From contig CAYXVS010000001.1 in assembly GCA_964468735.1 (NCBI GenBank), forward strand, positions 1 to 45,358: a stretch of DNA of 45,358 nucleotides, read 5' to 3'. The translations under genes and the position numbers were made by a program. Within the stretch, counting starts at the first letter, position 1. Every line of letters begins with the position of its first letter. The notes beneath the pieces were generated by a model that saw only the letters and a list, made by a program, of their open reading frames with translations, was not told the DNA's origin and ran no database searches. Source of the stretch: an uncultured Anaerolineales bacterium. GTDB taxonomy: Bacteria; Chloroflexota; Anaerolineae; B4-G1; SLSP01. Of the stretch, positions 16,381-23,434 are shown one piece after another.

Positions 16381-17613
16381 CTACGCCGTAAACTTGCGCC
16401 GCATTTGAGTCAGGTAGGCCTCCGCCTCCTCATACCGCGCGAACGCTCGCTCGACGGCGCGGAACTCAGGCGTGTGCGCGTACCGCCGCCCGTTGACGAC
16501 GCTCACGCCCAATTGCTTGTGGAGCATCTCGTGATACATCACAAAATCGATCACGTAGCGCGGCACGGGGACGGCATCTAAGGTGATACTCAACATCAAT
16601 GTGTCGGTGTGCGCGTTATAGTGGCCCATCTTGCGCTCGGTGAGCGTCTTATTCCAGACCAGGCGCGGGCGGTCGAGTTGGCCATCGAAGTAGGCGTTGT
16701 TGACGCGCTCAAAGACCTCCGCCAGATCGTAGTGCTGGCCCTGCGTGGCCGTCGATAGCTCCGCCGTGGTCATCGCGAGGTCGGTCGTCACATCCGCAAA
16801 CGGCTCCGAGACCGCGTACGCTTTACATCGATGCTGATAAGCGTCGTCCTCGTAGCCCAGCGCGGCGTGCATCAGCGCGCGCAGCATCTTATCCGGCGCG
16901 CCGATGAAGCCCTCGTGGAGCGCGACGTCGATATATTGCTCCGTGAGTCGCGTGCGCCACAGCGCGGAACTGACGTAAAATTGGACGTGCAAAGCGCGCT
17001 CGCGATGCGAGGCAGGCAGATGCTGACGAGAGTGGGGCTTCTTGCCCCAGCTCAAGACCGTGGACAAGGCCGTCAGATGCTGAGCCAACGTCTCCGGCGC
17101 GCTCAAGTAGCGCAGCCATTGATAGCCGCGTCGCGAGCGGATGGGCAAGTGCGCGGGACGCCCGTGCTGCTCCTCGCACAGGCCCGCAATGGCATCCGCA
17201 TCGCCGCGCAAGGAAGACGCCAAGTCGACGACCTCCGCATCCGTCGGTTCCCAGGCCGGCTGCTGACGCGCCAAATCCGCCAACTTCGACTGATAGTAAT
17301 TGACCGTGCTGATAATCCCGCTGACGCGCACGTGAGGCGCGGGTGATTGATCCGCCGCCCGTTCAGGGATATTATCCAGATCGAGGCCCTTGAGGTAGCG
17401 ATAGGCGCGGCGCGAGGGCGCAGGCAGGTCGCGCGGCGTGCATCGATGCTGACGGCAGATGCGCTCGACCTGCTGCACGCCATCCGCCACCAGCGCACGG
17501 AAGTCGTCCTGCTGCTCCGCCGGCACACCCGCACTGATTTGCTCGCGAGCGTAGTTCATAAAGCGCACCAGTCCTTGGATGCGAAGCTTCGATTTTGATT
17601 TTCGTTTGGTCAT
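16381..17613 (-). CDS. SprT-like HExxH zinc metalloprotease with a long internally duplicated N-terminal region
   Basis: C-terminal ...YFDGQLDRPRLVWNKTLTERKMGHY...MYHEMLHKQLG...HTPEFR fits the SprT-like domain. I place the start at ATG 17613 (MTKRKSKSK...). The ORF-track start at 17754 reads through an 8-mer tandem repeat and stays possible, because no clear SD precedes either start. Confidence 0.65.
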   Translation of the reverse strand: MTKRKSKSKLRIQGLVRFMNYAREQISAGVPAEQQDDFRALVADGVQQVERICRQHRCTPRDLPAPSRRAYRYLKGLDLDNIPERAADQSPAPHVRVSGIISTVNYYQSKLADLARQQPAWEPTDAEVVDLASSLRGDADAIAGLCEEQHGRPAHLPIRSRRGYQWLRYLSAPETLAQHLTALSTVLSWGKKPHSRQHLPASHRERALHVQFYVSSALWRTRLTEQYIDVALHEGFIGAPDKMLRALMHAALGYEDDAYQHRCKAYAVSEPFADVTTDLAMTTAELSTATQGQHYDLAEVFERVNNAYFDGQLDRPRLVWNKTLTERKMGHYNAHTDTLMLSITLDAVPVPRYVIDFVMYHEMLHKQLGVSVVNGRRYAHTPEFRAVERAFARYEEAEAYLTQMRRKFTA

Positions 17614-17664
17614 GATATTAGAGAGTGTAGCATGAAAGCGCCCAAGCGAAAGGGAGGGAGAGGA

Positions 17665-17712
17665 GGAGTAAGGGAGTAGGGGAGTAGGGGAGTAAGGGAG
17701 TAGAGGAGTTTG
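17665..17712. repeat. Six tandem 8-mers GGAGTARG (minus-strand sense CYTACTCC)
   Basis: GGAGTAAG GGAGTAGG GGAGTAGG GGAGTAAG GGAGTAGA GGAGTTTG, read directly. It lies 52-99 nt upstream of the ATG at 17613. Confidence 0.85.
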
Positions 17713-17794
17713 GAACTCCCTAAACGGGAGCGACGGCTGATTGTCGGAAAGCATCCTGCCGCGCCCCGCGCCGAGGATTGAAATCCCCGGCTAC

Positions 17795-17890
17795 TAAGGT
17801 AGTTCCAGAAATTAAAACCTCCCAAACCGGATGCTTTTTCCTCAGAAAACTAGCTGTTTTTGGGAGATTTATTTTATTGGAACGGCCTAA
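17795..17890 (+). repeat. ~96-nt palindromic interspersed element (MITE-like), copy 2
   Basis: TAAGGTAGTTCCAGAAATTAAAACCTCCCAAACCGGATGCTTTTTCCTCAGAAAAC...TGGGAGATTTATTTTATTGGAACGGCCTAA. About 90% identical by eye to copy 1. Confidence 0.8.
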
Positions 17891-17895
17891 GCGCA

Positions 17896-18010
17896 AGTCA
17901 ACTAAAGTTGACTCAATTTCCACGTGGATTTCTGGCTTTCAGTCGGTCTTTAGCCGACTTCAGCTTTTAGCCTGCGATTCATCCGCAGGCGCGGGCGACG
18001 CAAGTTCGTC
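17896..18010. repeat. Cluster of four short independent hairpins
   Basis: AGTCAAC-TAAA-GTTGACT (17896-17913), AGTCGG-TCTTTAG-CCGACT (17941-17959), CCTGCG-ATTCATC-CGCAGG (17971-17989), GACG-CAAGTT-CGTC (17997-18010). Confidence 0.7.
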
Positions 18011-18045
18011 TTTTCCTACGATAAAACGTCACACCCCTAGCTAAA

Positions 18046-18074
18046 CTGGTAAGTTTGATGTTTGAGAGTATAAT
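18046..18074 (+). promoter_or_regulatory. Candidate promoter of the TPR/J/GrpE operon (perfect -10, weak -35)
   Basis: TATAAT at 18069-18074. The best -35 at 17-nt spacing is CTGGTA (3/6). AT-rich context 95 nt upstream of the ATG at 18169. Confidence 0.3.
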
Positions 18075-18100
18075 CTTACTTAGAAGAGGTTTATTAAGAT

Positions 18101-18128
18101 TACCCCCCATACCTCAACCAGGGGGGTA
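18101..18128 (+). promoter_or_regulatory. 5'-leader hairpin TACCCCCC-N12-GGGGGGTA upstream of the TPR gene
   Basis: Perfect 8-bp stem (18101-18108 / 18121-18128) between the candidate -10 and the RBS, followed by ATTTACTAT. Confidence 0.5.
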
Positions 18129-18168
18129 ATTTACTATACGAGATTTCTATCACGGGAGAAAGTGATTT

Positions 18169-20379
18169 ATGGCAAAAAGACGCAATCGACAGGGCGCGGC
18201 GAGACTCCGAGAGCGAGGGCACCGCGCATTCCTTGAAGGCGACTATGACACGGCCATCGACCTGTGGCAGCGCGTCGGCGAACAGTTTAAGAAGATGCAG
18301 CCCAAACGGATCTTCGCGGAGGCCTACTTTCGACGCGGCGTCGAGCGCATTCATCAGCAGGATAAAGTGAGGGCCGGGGTGGAGGATCTCCGGCGCGCAT
18401 TGGAGATGTACCCCGATGACCTTCGGTTCACCTATCATCTGGGCTTGGGCCTACATCTACAAGGCGATCAAGCCGGGGCGCACCGGATTTACGTGAGTTT
18501 GCGCAAAAAAGAGTCCGAATTCGCCGAGCGGGTAACGTTTCCCCTATCACTGGCCTTGCTCCAGCAAGAGAGATCTCCAGAGGAGCACCCGGTGTGGGCC
18601 GATTTGACCGAGACCGAGCGGGCGATGTTGCGCGATGTTCAGACATTCCGACGCCGCCCCTACAAATTGGATGACGCCGCGCCGCCGCTGTGGCATGGCG
18701 GGGTGGCATTGGATGAGGGAGAGCTGGACAAGGCCGCCTCGCTGCTCAACGAGGCGTTGGAGACCTCCGATACAGCGGAGAAGACGGCCTTCATCCATTA
18801 CTATCTGGGCAACACAGCCGGCCAACGAGAGGATTGGAAAGCAGCGCGACAGCACTGGTTAGAAGCCGAATCCCTGGGGATGGACTCTCCTGCGCTCACG
18901 CTCAACTTGGGAGAAAGCTTCCATCGGTTGGCGGAGGCGCGATTAGAGGAAGATGACGCGCAAGGCGCGCTGAAAGCAGCGCGTAAGGCCGCGCGCTATC
19001 GCCCCGATAAGCCCAGCCTCAAGGATTTGCGCGCGCAGGCGCACCATCGCTTGGGCTATCAAGCCGCCAATCAAGGGGATTGGTCGCAGGCGGAGGATCA
19101 CTGGCAAAAGGCTTATGATCTGGAGGACGGCAGCTTCCGAGCGGCCTATAACCTCGCGCTGGCCTACGAACGGCACGATGATTATCTCCAGGCCGGGGAG
19201 ACGTGGCGCGAAGTGCTGCGCCGCCGTCCCCGCAAAGACGATCATCGAGACGCCATCAGCGATGAGGAAGTCGCGCAACTGTGGAAGCGCGCAGCGCAGG
19301 CCTACGTCAAGGCCGGGGAATACGATGAGGCCGTCCACGTGTATCGCATGGCCGTGAAGTGGAATCCAGATAATTTGGAGACCCGAATGGAGCTAGTTCG
19401 CGGCTTATTAGATAATGGGCAATTTCAAGCCGCCGAAAACGAGCTGGAGCGCATCCTAGAACGCGATCCTGAGTACGTCCCCGCGCTCGTTTTGATGGGA
19501 GAAGTGCTCGCCGCCCACGCGCGGTGGTGGGAACAGAGCGCCGCGCCGAGCTATTTGCAACGCGCCCTAGAACTTGAGCCTAATAACCTGGAGGCCCAAC
19601 AGGCCCTGATCGATTACTGTCTCAATGAGGCGGAGGATGGCTTGCGGTGGGGCAACGTCGAATATGCTTACGAGATGCTACAGCAGGCATTGGACTATCA
19701 ACCCAAAAACGTGGATGTGCTCACACTCCTGGGCCGTTGCCATGTGATGGCCGATGACATGGATGAAGTGCAAGCATGCGTGGACAGGATCTTGGATCGA
19801 GATAAGCTCACGATGAAGGAATATATGGCGGGCCTCGAACTATGGCTGATGGCCAGGAAATCGGATAAAGCCGCTGAGGTTATGGCGCACGCCGAAAAGA
19901 CGCTGCCCGAGGTCCCGCCCGACGCCTATATGGCGATTGGCACCTATTACGTTCAAGACACGCGCTATACAGAAAGGGAAGGCGTCGAACTGGCGCAGGA
20001 GTGGTTTGAGAAAGCCATAGAGAAAAGCGGGCCAAATTCGCTGATCCTGCTCAAGATCGGCGAAATGTTATCCATGATAACCCAGCAACATGAGCTGGCC
20101 GAAGAATATCTCAATCGCGCCATCGAGGCGGATCAAAAACCCAGCGCGGCGTACACAACCTTGGCGTTGATCGCGTTGCGTCAAGAGGACGAACGCCAAT
20201 CCCGGCGTTATTTGAGAAAAGCAGAAGCTATAGCGCGTCGCGAGAATGACCGAGAAGAGTTGAACCGCATCCAAATGGTTCGTGATATGCTGACAATGCC
20301 GCCCGGACTGTTGAACATGTTGCTCAATAATCCGTTCGGCCCATTCGGCCCCGGCGGCCCCTTCTCGGACGAATTTTAG
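18169..20379 (+). CDS. Large tetratricopeptide-repeat (TPR) protein with G/F-like C-terminal tail
   Basis: 736-aa ORF. Repeated 34-aa A/Y/L/W-patterned TPR units throughout (e.g. AAYNLALAYERHDDYLQAGETWREVLRRRP). Tail NPFGPFGPGGPFSDEF. Confidence 0.85.
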   Translation: MAKRRNRQGAARLRERGHRAFLEGDYDTAIDLWQRVGEQFKKMQPKRIFAEAYFRRGVERIHQQDKVRAGVEDLRRALEMYPDDLRFTYHLGLGLHLQGDQAGAHRIYVSLRKKESEFAERVTFPLSLALLQQERSPEEHPVWADLTETERAMLRDVQTFRRRPYKLDDAAPPLWHGGVALDEGELDKAASLLNEALETSDTAEKTAFIHYYLGNTAGQREDWKAARQHWLEAESLGMDSPALTLNLGESFHRLAEARLEEDDAQGALKAARKAARYRPDKPSLKDLRAQAHHRLGYQAANQGDWSQAEDHWQKAYDLEDGSFRAAYNLALAYERHDDYLQAGETWREVLRRRPRKDDHRDAISDEEVAQLWKRAAQAYVKAGEYDEAVHVYRMAVKWNPDNLETRMELVRGLLDNGQFQAAENELERILERDPEYVPALVLMGEVLAAHARWWEQSAAPSYLQRALELEPNNLEAQQALIDYCLNEAEDGLRWGNVEYAYEMLQQALDYQPKNVDVLTLLGRCHVMADDMDEVQACVDRILDRDKLTMKEYMAGLELWLMARKSDKAAEVMAHAEKTLPEVPPDAYMAIGTYYVQDTRYTEREGVELAQEWFEKAIEKSGPNSLILLKIGEMLSMITQQHELAEEYLNRAIEADQKPSAAYTTLALIALRQEDERQSRRYLRKAEAIARRENDREELNRIQMVRDMLTMPPGLLNMLLNNPFGPFGPGGPFSDEF

Positions 20380-20394
20380 GAGGTATGAGATAAA

Positions 20395-20811
20395 ATGATG
20401 GCAGAGAGAAGTTTTCAAACGCCGAGTTTAGGCGATGAGGCGAATGTACCGGAGCCGAATTTTGAAAGTGAAGACCCCTATGCGGTGTTGGGATTGCAGC
20501 GCGGCGCTTCGCGGCGACAGGTAAAGCACGCCTACTTTCGATTAGTGCGCGAGCATCCGCCGGAAGAGGATGCCGCCACGTTCAAGTTAATCCGCGCCGC
20601 CTATGAGAAGTTACGCACCGAGGACGCCAAAGCCGAGACCGATCTCTTCCTCTTCCAGCCGCCGCCGCCCTGGCGACCGCGTAAACGGCGTCGGAACCCC
20701 GACTTGGACTTCCATTCCGAGCATATCTGGAAGTTGCTGGAGCTGCATGGCGATCTAGGGCGACGCGACTTCGAGGAGGATTATCGCAAGGTGGGGTTGT
20801 ACGATGAGTGA
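20395..20811 (+). CDS. Small J-domain-only protein with HPP instead of the HPD motif
   Basis: 138-aa ORF. DPYAVLGLQRGASRRQVKHAYFRLVREHPPEEDAATFKLIRAAYEKL is a J domain. The codons CAT CCG CCG at 20554-20562 give HPP. AGGAGG upstream. Confidence 0.8.
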   Translation: MMAERSFQTPSLGDEANVPEPNFESEDPYAVLGLQRGASRRQVKHAYFRLVREHPPEEDAATFKLIRAAYEKLRTEDAKAETDLFLFQPPPPWRPRKRRRNPDLDFHSEHIWKLLELHGDLGRRDFEEDYRKVGLYDE

Positions 20812-21526
20812 TCGCCGGTTAGTATGGGCGACGTTGGCCGACCTACTATCCCAGGTGGAGAAAAGCTCCACATCGACCACCGGCGCGAACGGCAAAAACG
20901 GCGCCCAATTGGAGAAATTAGAGCAGGAGATCCGCAAGCTGGGGAAGACCCAATACAAGGCGAACATGCTGACGGAATCCCAGGCAGATCGCTTGCAATC
21001 CGCCCTGCAATCCTTGCAGGAGCAACGGAGCCGCGAGGAGCAAGCTCTCGAGGCTTTGATCGAAACCGAGGTGGCGGAGGCCAAGCAAGCATGGCTCTCC
21101 GCCCTCCTGCCCACGTTGGACGGCCTGGACGCCGCGATTGCCAATGGCAAGCAGTACTTGGCCCAGCGCGACAAGGTCGCCCAATCAGGAAGACTCAAGC
21201 CCGAGCAGGCTTACTTAGTCTCGCCGGCCGACCGCGCGAAGTTGGCCAACTGGTTAGACGGCTTGCGCATGGTGCGCGAGCGGCTGCTATCGATGTTGGA
21301 AGCTGAGGGCGTCACGCCCATTCCCACGGTGGGCCACAAGTTCGATCCCTACCAGCACGTGGCCGTGGAGAAAATCACAGCGGACGACGGTGCGCCGGGC
21401 GTCATCGCCGCCGAGGAACGACGCGGCTATCGCACGCCGGCCGGCGTGTTGCGCTATGCCGAGGTGATCGTCTACGGAGAAAAAACCCGCAACCTTGAGG
21501 CAAGAAAAGAGAAACAGCTAGCGTAA
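20804..21526 (+). CDS. grpE: GrpE-family nucleotide exchange factor
   Basis: 240-aa ORF. Long N-terminal coiled coil, LLPTLDGLDAAI, and the C-terminal beta domain GVTPIPTVGHKFDPYQHVAV...RRGYRTPAGVLRYAEVIV. Its start overlaps the J-protein stop by 8 nt. Confidence 0.85.
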   Translation: MSDRRLVWATLADLLSQVEKSSTSTTGANGKNGAQLEKLEQEIRKLGKTQYKANMLTESQADRLQSALQSLQEQRSREEQALEALIETEVAEAKQAWLSALLPTLDGLDAAIANGKQYLAQRDKVAQSGRLKPEQAYLVSPADRAKLANWLDGLRMVRERLLSMLEAEGVTPIPTVGHKFDPYQHVAVEKITADDGAPGVIAAEERRGYRTPAGVLRYAEVIVYGEKTRNLEARKEKQLA

Positions 21527-21551
21527 GGCTAAAGATAACCATTTAGTCTTG

Positions 21552-21636
21552 AGGTGCAACGCACTTTTACGCCTGAAAAATAGTTATGGATTGCGTTAGA
21601 TATACTTTAAATACCTGACGTAAGTGCGTTGCACCT
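21552..21636 (+). promoter_or_regulatory. Long inverted repeat (15 + 3 bp stem, 47-nt AT-rich loop) in the grpE-hsp70 spacer
   Basis: AGGTGCAACGCACTT-TT-ACG (21552-21571) pairs with CGT-AAGTGCGTTGCACCT (21619-21636). No U-tract follows on either strand. Confidence 0.6.
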
Positions 21637-21703
21637 GGCTTGCTCATAAAACAGGTACGACTAAACATCTAAAAACAAATGAGAAGAGGAGAAATTAGAA
21701 AAC

Positions 21704-23434
21704 ATGGGTCCCATTGTAGGTATTGACTTAGGAACGACGAATTCAGGTGTATCGATTGTCAAAGATGGCCGCCCGGTGATGCTCCCCAACGGCGATGAGC
21801 GCATCATCCCCTCGGTGGTGGCCTATGCGCCGGGCGGCCATTGGCTGGTGGGCACGCCCGCCCGCAACCAATACGTCCTCAACCCGGAGAACACGGTGCG
21901 CTCCATCAAGCGCTCGATGGGCACGGCGCGCCGCGTCACACTGGGCAATCACGAATTCAGCCCGCAGGAGATCTCGGCCTTTATCCTGCGCGAGTTAAAG
22001 AGCATCGCCGAGGAGAACTTAGGGACGGAAGTTTCCGACGCGGTCATCACCGTGCCGGCTTATTTCTCCGATGCGGCGCGGCAGGCCACGCGCGACGCCG
22101 GTCGCGTCGCGGGCTTCAACGTGCGGCGGATCATCAATGAGCCGACGGCGGCGGCGCTGGCCTATGGCCTCGACCGCACCACCGACCAGATAGCCTTGGT
22201 CTACGACCTGGGCGGCGGCACCTTCGATGTCTCCCTGGTGGAGATGATGGACGGCATCGTCGAAGTGCGCGCCAGCCACGGCAACACCCACCTCGGCGGC
22301 GACGACTTCGATGAGCGGTTGGCTGCGCTGGTGGCCGATGCCTTTGCGGCAGAGCACGGCATCGACCTGCGCGAGGATCGCCGGGCGTGGGCGCGGCTGT
22401 TGCGCGCCGCCGAGGCCGCCAAGATCGAGCTGTCGTCGCAGCCCTTCGCCTGGATCAAAGAGGAGTACATCGCGGAGAAGAACGGGGCTCCGCTGCACCT
22501 GGAGCACGAAATCGGCCGCCATGAGTTTGAGGAGGAGATTGCCGATCTCCTGGAGTTGACCATCGAATCGGTCGATCAGGTGTTAGCAGATGCGGAGGTC
22601 GAGCCGGATGAACTGACGCAAATCCTGATGGTCGGCGGCTCCTCGCGCATCCCGGCGGTGTGGGAGCTGATGGCCAATCACATCGGCATCGAGCCGGTGA
22701 TGTCCCTCAATCCAGAGGAGGTCGTCGCCCTGGGCGCCGGCGTCCAGGCGGGCATTATCGCCGGCGAACCGATTGACGCGATTCTAGTCGATGTCACGCC
22801 GCACTCCCTAGGCATCGCCGTGGCGGAGATTCGCGGCGGGCGCATCGTCTCCGATCGCTACCAAGTCCTGATCCACCGCAATACTACCATCCCCGTGACC
22901 AAAGCCGATGTCTTTAACACCCTCTTTCCCGGCCAGGACACCATCAAGATCGAAGTCTATCAGGGAGAACACCCCATCGCCTCGCAGAACACGCCCCTCG
23001 GCAACTTTTTAATCACCGATCTAGAGCCAGAAGAACCGGGGGAGTTGGCCGAAGTCACCGTCGAGTTCGACTTCAACGTGAACGGTATCCTGCACGTGAC
23101 GGCCAAAGATCGCCAGACGGGCAAGGAGGAAGCGATCACCGTCGAGGCGACCAAACAGCGCCTCAGCGAGGAGGAGCTTCTGGAGGCCCGCCACGCCCTG
23201 CGCGCCTACGATGAGGTCAACGTAGATGTCGAAACCCCCATCGACCCGGCCTTGCTCGATCGGGCGGGCCATCTCCTGGAATTAGAAGGGGACGAAGCGC
23301 TGGCCCCGGACGACCGGGAGGAATTGGAGGCCCTCCTCGCCGATATTGAAGCCGCCCGTCAGGAAGGGGATTTCGCGTGGCAGGAGCGACTCGCGGATGA
23401 TCTACTGGATATTCTCTTCGATTTGGAAGCGTAG
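21704..23434 (+). CDS. Hsp70-family chaperone, short form (576 aa)
   Basis: IVGIDLGTTNSGVS, VITVPAYFSDAARQATRDAGRVAGFNVRRIINEPTAAALAYGLD, YDLGGGTFDVS, THLGGDDFD, VGGSSRIPAV and VDVTPHSLGIAV are all present. The C-terminal lid is shorter than in DnaK and ends in ...DDLLDILFDLEA. Confidence 0.92.
   Translation: MGPIVGIDLGTTNSGVSIVKDGRPVMLPNGDERIIPSVVAYAPGGHWLVGTPARNQYVLNPENTVRSIKRSMGTARRVTLGNHEFSPQEISAFILRELKSIAEENLGTEVSDAVITVPAYFSDAARQATRDAGRVAGFNVRRIINEPTAAALAYGLDRTTDQIALVYDLGGGTFDVSLVEMMDGIVEVRASHGNTHLGGDDFDERLAALVADAFAAEHGIDLREDRRAWARLLRAAEAAKIELSSQPFAWIKEEYIAEKNGAPLHLEHEIGRHEFEEEIADLLELTIESVDQVLADAEVEPDELTQILMVGGSSRIPAVWELMANHIGIEPVMSLNPEEVVALGAGVQAGIIAGEPIDAILVDVTPHSLGIAVAEIRGGRIVSDRYQVLIHRNTTIPVTKADVFNTLFPGQDTIKIEVYQGEHPIASQNTPLGNFLITDLEPEEPGELAEVTVEFDFNVNGILHVTAKDRQTGKEEAITVEATKQRLSEEELLEARHALRAYDEVNVDVETPIDPALLDRAGHLLELEGDEALAPDDREELEALLADIEAARQEGDFAWQERLADDLLDILFDLEA

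Noticed and set aside
17614-17754. N-terminal 47 codons of track ORF 16381-17754 (PLLPYSPTPLLPYSS...)
   Set aside because: The peptide is a read-through of the 8-nt tandem repeat, so I prefer ATG 17613. It is not fully excluded, because neither start has a convincing SD.
17780-18170. Replication origin at the AT-rich divergent strand-switch region
   Set aside because: No cluster of DnaA boxes (TTATCCACA or close variants) is visible by eye, and no dnaA/dnaN is nearby. Repeat elements and promoters better explain the AT-rich character.
18100-18438. 112-aa minus-strand ORF overlapping the TPR gene start
   Set aside because: It overlaps the TPR coding region and its leader hairpin in antisense. 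It has no SD and no motifs, so it is a chance ORF.
21545-21640. CIRCE (HrcA) or HAIR (HspR) heat-shock operator upstream of hsp70
   Set aside because: The inverted repeat does not match TTAGCACTC-N9-GAGTGCTAA. The CTTGAGG at 21548 lacks the ACTCAAG partner at N7.
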